From: Gammaproteobacteria bacterium
GTDB taxonomy: Bacteria > Pseudomonadota > Gammaproteobacteria > S012-40
Assembly (NCBI GenBank): GCA_029881255.1
Contig: JAOUMY010000005.1
Coordinates: 66,479 to 130,478 of the forward strand
Direction of reading: 5' to 3'
Length of the DNA stretch: 64,000 nt
Part shown: positions 39,433 to 48,681 of the stretch, one piece after another
Numbering within the stretch: position 1 is the stretch's first letter
How the letters are laid out: each line of letters opens with the position of its first letter
Notes under the pieces: model-generated
Database searches by the model: none
Seen by the model: the letters and a program-made list of their open reading frames with translations, nothing else
Told to the model about the DNA's origin: nothing
Program-made: the position numbers and the translations under genes

Positions 39433-40614
39433 TTACGGCACAAGCAAACGAAGCTCTTTGTCTTTCGTCAATTCCAATATCTGATGGTCCACCAATCCAT
39501 TCAAATCCCTGGAACAGGTTTTTGAACTTAGTTTTTGGTACAAGGCTTGATACCAGGGCTTGGCCTGCAATGTTTTCAATGGAAGCGATAGACCGGTTTC
39601 CATGATGGTGGTCACAATGATGTATTGGCGCTGATTGATCTTTCTATCGTTTAGTAAATTGTTGAGCATGTTTTCATACAACACTAGCGCAATTATACGA
39701 TTCGCTCTATCGTGCAATTGATTGATGACTGTCAACATCCCTTTGAGAAAGAAGCGGATAAATGCCGTATTGGGATTGGTTTCGCCGCTTTCCTCGGATT
39801 TTCTCGCCCGATTGAACACCGTAAAATATTCATCAATGTTGTCCAGATAAAAACGCGATAAGGCAAAATGTGCGTATTTATAACCTGCGCATTTCAGTAT
39901 CAACATCTCGACGACGCGACCAACCCTCCCATTACCATCCCAGAAGGGGTGTATGCGCTCAAAATAATAATGTGCGAGCGGTGCGCGTATGAGTGGCGGG
40001 AGACGTCGAATTTCGTCGCTATTGATCCACTCGATAAAGCTTCTCATTAGCAAGATAATGTCATCCTTGCACTTTGGTGGCGTATAAACACCGCCATGTT
40101 CTGCATCGCCAACCTTGGTCAACTGGCCTTTTAGGTTATCGCGATATTGACCTGGAACATTGAACGGATGACTTAGTTGTTGCGTAATCAGCTCATGTAA
40201 ATCTGTAAACATGGCTTCCTGCAAAGACACCGCGATGCCTTGTGCTGGAGAGTTGTCGCGCTTTAGAGAATTAATACATTGCTGGCTGAACGTTTCGGCT
40301 TTTTCATAGGCATGCTTGATGTTGATAACGCGCTGCTCAGTTTCATCGCGGCTCTCGGGAAGTCGCTCTATAACCCTGGCCGTTTCTTCCTCGCTAAGGG
40401 TACCGCCTTCTATGGTATTGGTGCCGAACACGCTGGCCGCCACCACTTCTTTTTCCAGACGCGCGGCGACGTCAGGGATAATAGGAATACTCGAAAACCG
40501 GTGATGGGCGTCCTCTATCCGCAACAAATCGGCCTCGATACTGGCCATATCGACACCGACCATAAAACGGAAGAAGCCTGAGCGGTGGGTTTCTATGCGT
40601 TTTTCTTTAGGCAT
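39433..40614 (-). CDS. Fic-family protein (AMPylation/Fido domain) with C-terminal winged-helix region
   Basis: Fic motif HPFWDGNGRVGR. 393 aa; start may be an internal Met. Confidence 0.8.
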   Translation of the reverse strand: MPKEKRIETHRSGFFRFMVGVDMASIEADLLRIEDAHHRFSSIPIIPDVAARLEKEVVAASVFGTNTIEGGTLSEEETARVIERLPESRDETEQRVINIKHAYEKAETFSQQCINSLKRDNSPAQGIAVSLQEAMFTDLHELITQQLSHPFNVPGQYRDNLKGQLTKVGDAEHGGVYTPPKCKDDIILLMRSFIEWINSDEIRRLPPLIRAPLAHYYFERIHPFWDGNGRVGRVVEMLILKCAGYKYAHFALSRFYLDNIDEYFTVFNRARKSEESGETNPNTAFIRFFLKGMLTVINQLHDRANRIIALVLYENMLNNLLNDRKINQRQYIIVTTIMETGLSLPLKTLQAKPWYQALYQKLSSKTCSRDLNGLVDHQILELTKDKELRLLVP

Positions 40615-40865
40615 ATTTTGTCCAGCTAAATGTCCAGCACATTTTCATTTATAACTATGTATTTTCAATGAGTTACATTTTTATTACTGGATTTATGTCA
40701 ATATTTATGTCCAGATGAATGGGAGAAGTATAGTCCATAGACCTCGGCCCGTCATGTCGACTTTTACGGCTTTTTTCGACATATCTGCCGGATATGTCGA
40801 TGTGGGAAACATGTTCGCGGCCCTGCCAGCCTGCGATTTGTTAGGATGCAACTGGTCCCCTCAAA

Positions 40866-41108
40866 GTGAGCAACACCGCCATGCAAGAATTTTTCATCGG
40901 CCCCCTATCCCGTTACACCTATGGCTGGATCGCTTTGTTTGTGTTTGCCTGTTTTGGGGTTTACATGATTTATCGTGCCCGGCAGGGGAAGCGGCTCGAT
41001 AAGTTTATCGCTCTGGGTTTGTCTGCCAGGGTTCAGTTGTGGTGCGGGGTGTTTTGTTTGTTGCCGGTGGTTTTGTATAGCTTTGGGGTTTTGTTGATTG
41101 GAGGTTAA
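40866..41108 (+). CDS. small membrane protein (2 TM), hypothetical
   Basis: 80 aa. WIALFVFACFGVYMIY and VFCLLPVVLYSFGVLLIGG are hydrophobic helices. Confidence 0.3.
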   Translation: MSNTAMQEFFIGPLSRYTYGWIALFVFACFGVYMIYRARQGKRLDKFIALGLSARVQLWCGVFCLLPVVLYSFGVLLIGG

Positions 41109-41110
41109 TA

Positions 41111-41207
41111 CACAAGGCTTTGGCCTTTTGCACTAACTCGCTAGTTACTTAGAGATTGACGGACTTTTTTGGGGCAGGCGAATCGCACAGGGCATGTTCG
41201 GTCATAG
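41111..41207 (-). pseudogene. ccdA-like antitoxin 5' remnant (18 codons then stop) plus diverged copy of the ccdA upstream region (41208-41290)
   Basis: Minus-strand MTEHALCDSPAPKKSVNL* versus intact CcdA MTEHALGYTPAPKKSVNLSVN. About 80 nt beyond are about 75 % identical to 43521-43620. Confidence 0.6.
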
Positions 41208-41274
41208 AAGGCTCCGAGTGTGGCATAGGTGCAGCACCTGCGCATCAAGCATGAAGAATCCGTGTGCGGACAGA

Positions 41275-41544
41275 TGCCAGTTTTCCGTGTTGGAAAAACC
41301 GGTCTATCGCGCGGCGATGGTGACACTACAAATCGATGGCGGCAAAAAACAAAAAGTCCGCGCCGGTGATATTCTCGGTGCACTTACCGGTGAAAACGGG
41401 ATCGATGGTAAACAGGTGGGCAAGATTCAGTTATACGACAACTGGTCTTTTGTCGCCGTGCGACAGGAAGTCGCGAAGGCCGCGTTGCAGAAATTAACCC
41501 AGGGTAAATTGAAAGGCCGTTCGTTTCGGGTGCGGCGGGTATAG
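41275..41544 (+). pseudogene. diverged duplicate of the last about 90 codons of dbpA (orphan 3' fragment)
   Basis: About 93 % nt identity to 39100-39369. Encodes a DbpA RBD identical except for the last residues (RVRRV versus RVRKI). No upstream dbpA body. Confidence 0.8.
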
Positions 41545-41777
41545 AACGTGGCGGAGTGGTTCCATCGGGCCCGAATAAAACATCCAAATTACCAATAATA
41601 TATCTTAATTTTTATACGATTAAGCAGCACACTGTTAGCCACTTCTATTAGACTTCCCTATCCATTGCAGGCATGATCCGCCACCTAAAATAACGAAAAT
41701 GAAGGGTATTAGCTGTGTCTCAATTTTTGTCGAGTTCGTCAACCGTGTTCGCTTCCTGGCAAAGTACTAGGTAGATT

Positions 41778-42827
41778 ATGTATAAAAATACTTTTGTTTT
41801 TCTAATTACCGTACTCATTTTTTTGTTGTCTACGGCGTGTGCTCACAAAAAAACACAAATCGTATTGAAGAACACGCCGACTGAGGAAAGTGAGTTTCAT
41901 TTAGCGCCTGAGGAACTGTTGGGGAAATATCCGGATGTAGAGGGATTACATCCTGAGAACTATCTAAAATATCAAATCGCGCTTTCTGGAACTTCCTCGC
42001 CCGACTTAAATGAGCGGGCAGATAAGTCAACACTAGTCAATGCACTAGGCGAACCCGATAGGATTGAACTTCATAAGCGCTCAATCGTGGACTTTCTTTC
42101 GTCTCCTCCTATGTTTGGCCTTTTGTTTTTAAGTCCCTTGCTGATTGAGCCAATTGTCACCGGGGGTGTTCTCGCAGGTCTTGGCATACAGTATTTTGTA
42201 CAGCCACGTGAAGAGGATCTTTACTGGACCAAAGGCGACTATCTCATAGAAGCGCACACCATATCGGGAAGATACAGAAAAGAAGCTAAATGGGAGTGGT
42301 TCTACAAAATAAATGATAGTGAAAATCTTTCGTCACCGATTGTTTCAAGATCCAACAGCGCTAGCTACGGAGGCTTGTCGCTGAGTAATTTTTCGAGATT
42401 TGGCGATCAACTTTATAATCGAAAAACATATATCTCCATACTGTATGGTAAATCTTTCCAAGCTCCCTACCTATTCGACAACATCAATCTCGATGCCGCA
42501 GCCAGTATACAATCCACTACAAAAGAAAAATATTATCTGCTGGACATAACTAACCAGGCGATTTTTCTCAGCGGCTCGTACAACATCAATAACAATAAAC
42601 AAGAACTAGGCATTGGCATAACCTACGAAACATCGCTCCCGGATGTTTTCATCGACGGATATCTAGGCCGAGTTGGCGCTTACGCTGAATTCAACTTGCG
42701 CAAACAACGCGAAACACAAACCGTCATACGCATCGGCGCAGTCAGAAGTATTGACCCGTTTGAAAACAAGGCCAGCTATTTTCGCATATCCTGGATACAA
42801 AAATTCCAGAATCGTAGGCTGCACTAG
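41778..42827 (+). CDS. lipoprotein, paralogue of 56748-57803
   Basis: Lipobox LLSTAC. Shared motifs WTKGDYLIEAH...KWEWFYK versus WQKGNYRIDTR...WEWFHR. Confidence 0.55.
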   Translation: MYKNTFVFLITVLIFLLSTACAHKKTQIVLKNTPTEESEFHLAPEELLGKYPDVEGLHPENYLKYQIALSGTSSPDLNERADKSTLVNALGEPDRIELHKRSIVDFLSSPPMFGLLFLSPLLIEPIVTGGVLAGLGIQYFVQPREEDLYWTKGDYLIEAHTISGRYRKEAKWEWFYKINDSENLSSPIVSRSNSASYGGLSLSNFSRFGDQLYNRKTYISILYGKSFQAPYLFDNINLDAAASIQSTTKEKYYLLDITNQAIFLSGSYNINNNKQELGIGITYETSLPDVFIDGYLGRVGAYAEFNLRKQRETQTVIRIGAVRSIDPFENKASYFRISWIQKFQNRRLH

Positions 42828-42954
42828 GGAGTACAAACACTAAAAGGCGGTTCTAACGCTGCGCGACATGATGTATTTCGAGGATCGCGATGTGAATACT
42901 ATGCAGGGTCAGATTGAGAAAGTAGGTTCAGTTACCAGCTAACGATAGAATCTG

Positions 42955-43269
42955 CTAAAACCCCACAACCAGAAAATCCACCGCATCCACAATCTCCCCC
43001 CGCTGTTGCTGTAAGGAGCCAACATACTCACCCAAATCCGTTGTCGAAATACCGGCCATTTCCGCCGTCGACATAAATACCTTTTTGCCTTCGATTTCAA
43101 AACGCGGGTTGAGACGGCCGATGGGTTTGCTATTCGCACTTTCTTTGATCAACGGAACAACGAGGCGTGTGTTCAGCGTTTCGAATAAGTCATTTTGCAC
43201 GTCGAGTAAGTAAGGAACGGTTTGTCGCGTCGCGGGATTGGGGTTGCGATAGACGCCGAACTGGGCCAC
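42955..43269 (-). CDS. ccdB: CcdB-family toxin (gyrase poison fold)
   Basis: 104 aa. MAQFGVYRNPNPATRQTVPYLLDVQNDLFETLNTRLVVPL parallels CcdB [23 protein letters not shown]. Overlaps the ccdA stop. Confidence 0.7.
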   Translation of the reverse strand: MAQFGVYRNPNPATRQTVPYLLDVQNDLFETLNTRLVVPLIKESANSKPIGRLNPRFEIEGKKVFMSTAEMAGISTTDLGEYVGSLQQQRGEIVDAVDFLVVGF

Positions 43270-43520
43270 TAGAACTTCCTCTTGCCGTCACTAAACACAC
43301 CTTGGTCCGCTGTTCGTTTGTTGTAATCGTCGATGGCGTCGGCATTTTCTGCGATCCAGTTTTGCCGTTCCTTTTCACGTATGGCCTGGACCAGGGCGAC
43401 TTCGAGCAGGGCAGAGAGGTTAATGCCCAGACCTTTTGCCTTTTGCACTAACTCGCTGTTTACACTGAGATTGACGGATTTTTTTGGGGCAGGCGTATAA
43501 CCCAGGGCATGTTCGGTCAT
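43269..43520 (-). CDS. ccdA: CcdA-family antitoxin
   Basis: 83 aa. KKSVNLSVNSELVQKAKGLGINLSALLEVALVQAIREKERQNWIAENADAIDDYNK matches the CcdA ribbon-helix-helix plus C-terminal toxin-binding region. Confidence 0.7.
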   Translation of the reverse strand: MTEHALGYTPAPKKSVNLSVNSELVQKAKGLGINLSALLEVALVQAIREKERQNWIAENADAIDDYNKRTADQGVFSDGKRKF

Positions 43521-43690
43521 AGGTGGTTCCGTATTTGGTATAGGGGAAGTATATGCGCACTATTTATGCGCATCAAGCACGAAAAACCCATCTGCGGACA
43601 GATTCCCATTTCCCATTTAACCCTATCGCCAAAGCCGGGTTTGTGCCGCATAATAGCCGCCCTTTTGCCCACGCCCGCGAGCACGCCCGT

Positions 43691-43951
43691 ATGCCTGACA
43701 ACAAGATTTATCTGAGCAATCTGAATAAGCTTGCGACGGAAGCCGATTTGAAACGGCATTTTTCCACCTATGGCGCAGTCACCGAGGTGCATTTGCCGCG
43801 TGAGAAGAAGACCAAGGAGGCCAAGGGTTACGCCTTTGTCACCTTTGCCTACGAGGATTCGGCGCGACGGGCGCTGGAGCAGGACGGCAAGCCTTATATG
43901 GATCAAACGATCACGGTCCAAATCGCCATTGAAAAAAACCCCAGGAAGTAG
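43691..43951 (+). CDS. RRM-domain RNA-binding protein (second copy in window)
   Basis: KIYLSNL (RNP-2) and KGYAFVTF (RNP-1). Start at internal ATG 43691; the ORF track extends to 43553. Confidence 0.7.
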   Translation: MPDNKIYLSNLNKLATEADLKRHFSTYGAVTEVHLPREKKTKEAKGYAFVTFAYEDSARRALEQDGKPYMDQTITVQIAIEKNPRK

Positions 43952-43957
43952 ACCCCC

Positions 43958-44179
43958 ATGACGAATAACGAAATTATGAAAAAACTGCGCATCGCCCTCG
44001 ACCTCAAAGAGATCGATTTGTACGAGATCTTCGAGCTATCGGGTTATGAGATCAGCAAGTCGGAGTTATCGGGGATTTTTCGCTCGGAAGGTCACAAGAA
44101 TTACAAAGCCTGTAGCGACCTGGTGCTGAATCATTTTTTGAATGGCTACATTATTTATAAGCGTGGTGAAAAAGAATAA
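43958..44179 (+). CDS. DUF1456 (YehS-like) family protein
   Basis: 73 aa. MTNNEIMKKLRIALDLKEIDLYEIF...LNHFLNGYIIYKRGEK matches the DUF1456 tandem-repeat pattern. Confidence 0.6.
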   Translation: MTNNEIMKKLRIALDLKEIDLYEIFELSGYEISKSELSGIFRSEGHKNYKACSDLVLNHFLNGYIIYKRGEKE

Positions 44180-44207
44180 ATTTGGATCGGGCGCGATGTA
44201 TTCTCGC

Positions 44208-46481
44208 CTAACGAAACCGATCCGTAATCGCCGATACGTGTGTTTTTCCGTAGCCAGTTTTGCCAATTACCTTTAACAAGTAAACACCGGGCTCTGGCAA
44301 ATCGACTTCTTTTTCCACCGCATTACGTCCCAAATCCTTCCAGTGTCCGATCGACTTTCCAGCAAGCGTTAGCAACTCGATTTCATAAACGGCGCCAGCT
44401 TCATTGGGTTCAAAAATAAGCTTGATCAGCTTGTCGAATCGACTACTCAGTCGATACACGGCCTCGGCTCCTTCCGCTATCATGCCGGTGAAAACGCCTT
44501 GATTAACTTTGACAATATTCTCGGTGCTTTTTAAGTTCTGGTCTGTGGCTAGTTCCGAAACAAAAAATGCAAATTCACCGTAGGACTTGGTGCCTTCAAG
44601 TTCCAGGCGGTAGTCACCCGTGTAGTTTGGGGTAAACACAAATTCCTGGGTTTGTTTACCGGCGTCTTTCATTGTCTTTACTTTCTTCCCTCTGGGATCA
44701 CGTAGGTCAAACCGATAACGCAGATCAGATTGCCGCGCTTCCAGTCGGATGATGACTGGCGAGTTGCGCTTGAATCGCGCCTTGTACTTGCGTACCTGAT
44801 TGTCGACGAGTTCGCCCTCATGAAATTCGTCAAACACCACTTTGTTATTGTGTTCTTCCTGGCCCTGCTCAGAAAAATTGCTGACCTCAAGTGTGTAGTC
44901 ACTTACGTCTTTTGCGCCGGTAATACGTATGTAGAAATTAGCGCTATGCTCGACGGCGTGTGAAAACTCATGAAAATTATTGGCTACTTTCGTCCAGGAT
45001 TTGATTGGTTTGAAACGTGTGTCCAAAAACTCGATGTCGTATTGCGCGGCGGCTTTGTCTTTATCCAGAGAAAACACTACAGACGCGCCTTTATCCAGCC
45101 TGACTTTGTACTCCGCAACCCCGCCCTCGGCCATAATACTGCTCTGTTGCTCACCGAACTTCAGGGTTTGTTTGCGCAGCTCCTTATCTGAAATAATCTG
45201 CTGCATCGCCAGCCCTGCTCGTCCATATCCTTTCTCACCGATAAAGCGCAGCACGTATTGATTATTCCTGGGTGGTGTAAACACCAATTCATTGTGATTG
45301 GTTCCCAGTCCCTTCCACTGCTTTATTAGCTTGCGACTTCTATCGACTAGCTGCAACTCATAGCTCATGCCATTACTGGTTTTTTCAGACACCAACAAAA
45401 TCGGCGTATTTTTACTCCCGCGGTAACGGTATTCGCTCTCTGCACCGGCGGCGATCATCGGTTCGATGCGCTCACCGTCCTGGATACGGTTGCTCGAGCT
45501 TCGCAGTTCTGAATCTTTGGCCAATTGGGTGACAATCAGATCGTAGTCGCCTTGATTGCGCGTACCGATGACCTTAAGTTCGTAGCGATCTGAGTCTTCC
45601 GGCGTAAACAGCATTTCTTTATAAGTTGCCCCAAGATTTTTTTCCTGTCGTAGCATCTTGTTTTTTGAGGACCATATCTGTAGATCAAAACGAGTGCCTT
45701 TTTCCATTTTCGGAGTAGCCAGTAATACCGGCGAATTCTTTTTAAGTTTTAGTGCATACCCGTCCGTTTCGTTCAATTTGATGTCGCCTTTAAAATGCGC
45801 AAGCACGTCACCCGACATGGCCGACGTGTCGCCTTGAACGTATTTTGTAAATTTGATGACGTTGTCTGTCTCATACGAATCACCTTCGAAAAACAGACTG
45901 ACAATTTTGTCGATAGATGATTGTTTAATAACATTACCGAAACCCTCCTCCTCACTAAGAAGCATTCCAACAACATATTCCCCTATGTATAAGGTACCTC
46001 CACTGTAACCTTGTGAAATAGTATCGGATGGATTCATTGCTTCTATCAGGAGGTGATCTTGCAAGTTTTCGCGTATAAAGACACGTATTGATATCAAACC
46101 TCCGCTGTCATTACGTACTTTTAGCACTCCCTCCTGATTTTCATCCAGAATCTTGGCAATGCCCGTGCCTTTATTCCAAACGCTATTCTTACAGGCGTCA
46201 TAGCTTTCTACAATCAGTACTGCAGTATCGAATTGATCACCGAACTCTTGTATGAGCTTCGCACCGAATGTTTTTCGACCGCCTGTTACAAGCTTAATCG
46301 GACCGCCCTTCTCCACCACATGTTGTGCTGTGACAAAAAAACACTCGTGTCCCCTGGTTCTAAAAGTTCCCTGACCAAACTCGCCGTCAGCAATAACCCG
46401 GGCATCCGATGCCATCGCGTCAAAATTAAACATTGATAAAGTCATCACGACGAATACTGGCGATAGGAAATATTTTTTCAC
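44208..46481 (-). CDS. secreted trypsin-like serine protease with multiple C-terminal beta-sandwich (PPC-like) repeat domains
   Basis: Signal peptide KKYFLSPVFVVMTLSMFNFDAMA (GTG start at 46481). TAQHVV (His region) and QGYSGGTLY (Ser region). At least 4 repeats of about 110 aa with Y-x-L-K/R-V/F cores. Confidence 0.6.
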   Translation of the reverse strand: MKKYFLSPVFVVMTLSMFNFDAMASDARVIADGEFGQGTFRTRGHECFFVTAQHVVEKGGPIKLVTGGRKTFGAKLIQEFGDQFDTAVLIVESYDACKNSVWNKGTGIAKILDENQEGVLKVRNDSGGLISIRVFIRENLQDHLLIEAMNPSDTISQGYSGGTLYIGEYVVGMLLSEEEGFGNVIKQSSIDKIVSLFFEGDSYETDNVIKFTKYVQGDTSAMSGDVLAHFKGDIKLNETDGYALKLKKNSPVLLATPKMEKGTRFDLQIWSSKNKMLRQEKNLGATYKEMLFTPEDSDRYELKVIGTRNQGDYDLIVTQLAKDSELRSSSNRIQDGERIEPMIAAGAESEYRYRGSKNTPILLVSEKTSNGMSYELQLVDRSRKLIKQWKGLGTNHNELVFTPPRNNQYVLRFIGEKGYGRAGLAMQQIISDKELRKQTLKFGEQQSSIMAEGGVAEYKVRLDKGASVVFSLDKDKAAAQYDIEFLDTRFKPIKSWTKVANNFHEFSHAVEHSANFYIRITGAKDVSDYTLEVSNFSEQGQEEHNNKVVFDEFHEGELVDNQVRKYKARFKRNSPVIIRLEARQSDLRYRFDLRDPRGKKVKTMKDAGKQTQEFVFTPNYTGDYRLELEGTKSYGEFAFFVSELATDQNLKSTENIVKVNQGVFTGMIAEGAEAVYRLSSRFDKLIKLIFEPNEAGAVYEIELLTLAGKSIGHWKDLGRNAVEKEVDLPEPGVYLLKVIGKTGYGKTHVSAITDRFR

Positions 46482-47539
46482 TTTAGTGATATCCTCAATA
46501 GAATTCTTATGAGCCCGTAAACAATTAGTGCAATCGCCCACAGATAGGCCTGACCTGATTCGCTAAACAGTCTTTTCATAATCCCGTTGCTGATTTCAAA
46601 CGGTTCAGACTTGTAGTGTTGAACAATGACACTTTCGCCGGTTTCTCTATAGACCACACGCATCGCCTCATCGGCATTAATCGTCACAAAGCCCTGACCT
46701 AAGGAATCAAAGTCACTAAAACTCATTTCGGTATTCTTTTGTACTTTGACAAAAGCGCCGACCGGCAAGGGATAAGGACCAATACTATAGTATTCGTTAA
46801 AACCGAGTTTTTTCTCGCTAAAGCTGACTTCTCCGCCCTTAAACAACGGCTGTTGCGCAATGATAGAATCGCCCAACTCTTCACCCAAAACGACTTTCCC
46901 ACTCAATCTGAAAAGACTAGTTTGCCCTTTATTGGCTCGCTTTTGAAAGTCTTTCAGTTTGATATAGGTGCAGGCTGGCAGTGTTTTGATCAGTGTCTCC
47001 GAGTTATCGTAGAGATTGCCAACCGATTTGCCGTCTTCAAATTCAAGCGAGATATTCAAATCGCCATAGGAAATCCGTTTAAAGACTGCCGCCACACCTG
47101 GTGTTAGTTCTAATACGCCATTAAAGTTCGTGAATTCGTCTTCAGCATCACAACCATAAACAATATTCGCGTTTTCCAACACCCAAGGGGCGTGATTAGT
47201 ATTCGGGTAGGTCTGCAACACCAACAACTCAGTTTCCGCATTAATATTGAATGTGGTGTTATAGGACTTTAAAAACGACAAGTAGAAAACAGCACCAAAA
47301 AGTACGACTAATAATAAGAAAAGAAGTAGTATCAGTAGTGCATGTAATCGTAGCGTGCTCCACCTGTCTCGCCATCTTATGTCGATTTCTTCCGGAGATA
47401 AATCCAACCCGTCATTGACTAGAAAGACCGGCAAAATACGCCTTATACAAGAGACTACCCACGACTCCTTTGCCTCGTTATCTGGCGCCAATTTTAAGAT
47501 CCCCATTGCGCAAAATCTCACCCATGCGCTTGGTGACAA
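46478..47539 (-). CDS. membrane-anchored hypothetical protein (N-terminal and C-terminal TM)
   Basis: 353 aa. TM LHALLILLLFLLLVVLFGAVFY and C-terminal AYLWAIALIVYGLIRILL. Confidence 0.5.
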   Translation of the reverse strand: MSPSAWVRFCAMGILKLAPDNEAKESWVVSCIRRILPVFLVNDGLDLSPEEIDIRWRDRWSTLRLHALLILLLFLLLVVLFGAVFYLSFLKSYNTTFNINAETELLVLQTYPNTNHAPWVLENANIVYGCDAEDEFTNFNGVLELTPGVAAVFKRISYGDLNISLEFEDGKSVGNLYDNSETLIKTLPACTYIKLKDFQKRANKGQTSLFRLSGKVVLGEELGDSIIAQQPLFKGGEVSFSEKKLGFNEYYSIGPYPLPVGAFVKVQKNTEMSFSDFDSLGQGFVTINADEAMRVVYRETGESVIVQHYKSEPFEISNGIMKRLFSESGQAYLWAIALIVYGLIRILLRISLK

Positions 47540-48167
47540 AACGCAGAGTCGCCAGATTGTACTGCTTTACATCGTCTACGGTACAAATCGCATCATAGAC
47601 CACCGGACGCGCGTCCTTGATCTTCTGACACTTGAATTTTTTTGCCTTGCCACTGTTGTTTTTTACCTGGAGCATGGCCTTTACACTTGAACCGCCCTTA
47701 TTCAGATAGACATTGACTGCCTCACGCAAGGGGAAGCCCCACGACGATAAGACATAGTTCGGTGTCTTTTTTCGGTCCGCACAATTATTTTGAATCTGCG
47801 CCAGCACCACTAGATGATCTGGATGATAATTGGCGAGACGATCTTTGTGTTTGGAGGAAACATCAAATCCGACGGCCAGCTCGTCGTTGCCGGTGAGTGT
47901 GTGCTCAAAATATCCCTTGTATTTTCCGTCGATGCTAACGATGTCGACACATACCGAGCCGTTGGATTTTAACGGCACGTCTACATACAACGCTTCAAGA
48001 TTTGCTTTGTCATATCTTGTCTTATACATGATCCCAGACTCGGTTCTACCCGAGACCTTGACCTCTTCGATGAACTGCTCGTCCAGTTTTGTGATATGGA
48101 TGACGTCGGCCGCAACACAAACACCAACAAGTGGCCACAAAATGACCGACAGCAGTATCCTTTTCAT
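47478..48167 (-). CDS. secreted hypothetical protein
   Basis: Signal peptide MKRILLSVILWPLVGVCVAADV. 229 aa. Confidence 0.5.
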   Translation of the reverse strand: MKRILLSVILWPLVGVCVAADVIHITKLDEQFIEEVKVSGRTESGIMYKTRYDKANLEALYVDVPLKSNGSVCVDIVSIDGKYKGYFEHTLTGNDELAVGFDVSSKHKDRLANYHPDHLVVLAQIQNNCADRKKTPNYVLSSWGFPLREAVNVYLNKGGSSVKAMLQVKNNSGKAKKFKCQKIKDARPVVYDAICTVDDVKQYNLATLRFVTKRMGEILRNGDLKIGAR

Positions 48168-48681
48168 TATGGTCCTTCCCTTTGACGGCTAGCGAACAGC
48201 GGGAACAAGCATAAAACTACATACTCGGGATGTAAAGATTGTGTTGGAATTTAACGACGCTTGATGATGTTCTGCGCTTCGCTGACATAGAACTAAAGTA
48301 GTAATTGCTTTCGTGGATAATCTCTCAGCAATTGGGTAAGGAATACACGCCTGAGTATTCCATATATTTCCCACTTAATCCTCAATCGTAATGTGAAACC
48401 GCAGTAATCTTCCTGTGAAATTTTTCCGATTCATTGCCATCTATTAAAAAATGGAAATTATCGGCTACTTGATGACGCCTTTTTTTTCGCAAACCTGACT
48501 TCATGTGTCACTACATGTAAACAAATATCTCCCACCATTAATATGTAGAAAACTCAACCGTAAACAAGAGTGTGTCTAAGCAGTTCATACATCTTGAAAT
48601 AGCATAGAAAACACTATTTTTTTGTATGTACTCGTTCTTGTGATTAACACTCATTCATGGCCATTAGAGATGTGAATTACG

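Noticed and set aside
41384-41587. 67-aa minus-strand ORF, and its counterpart at 39107-39301
   Set aside because: Both are antisense artefacts of the two copies of the dbpA 3' segment, since the same spurious ORF appears in each copy.
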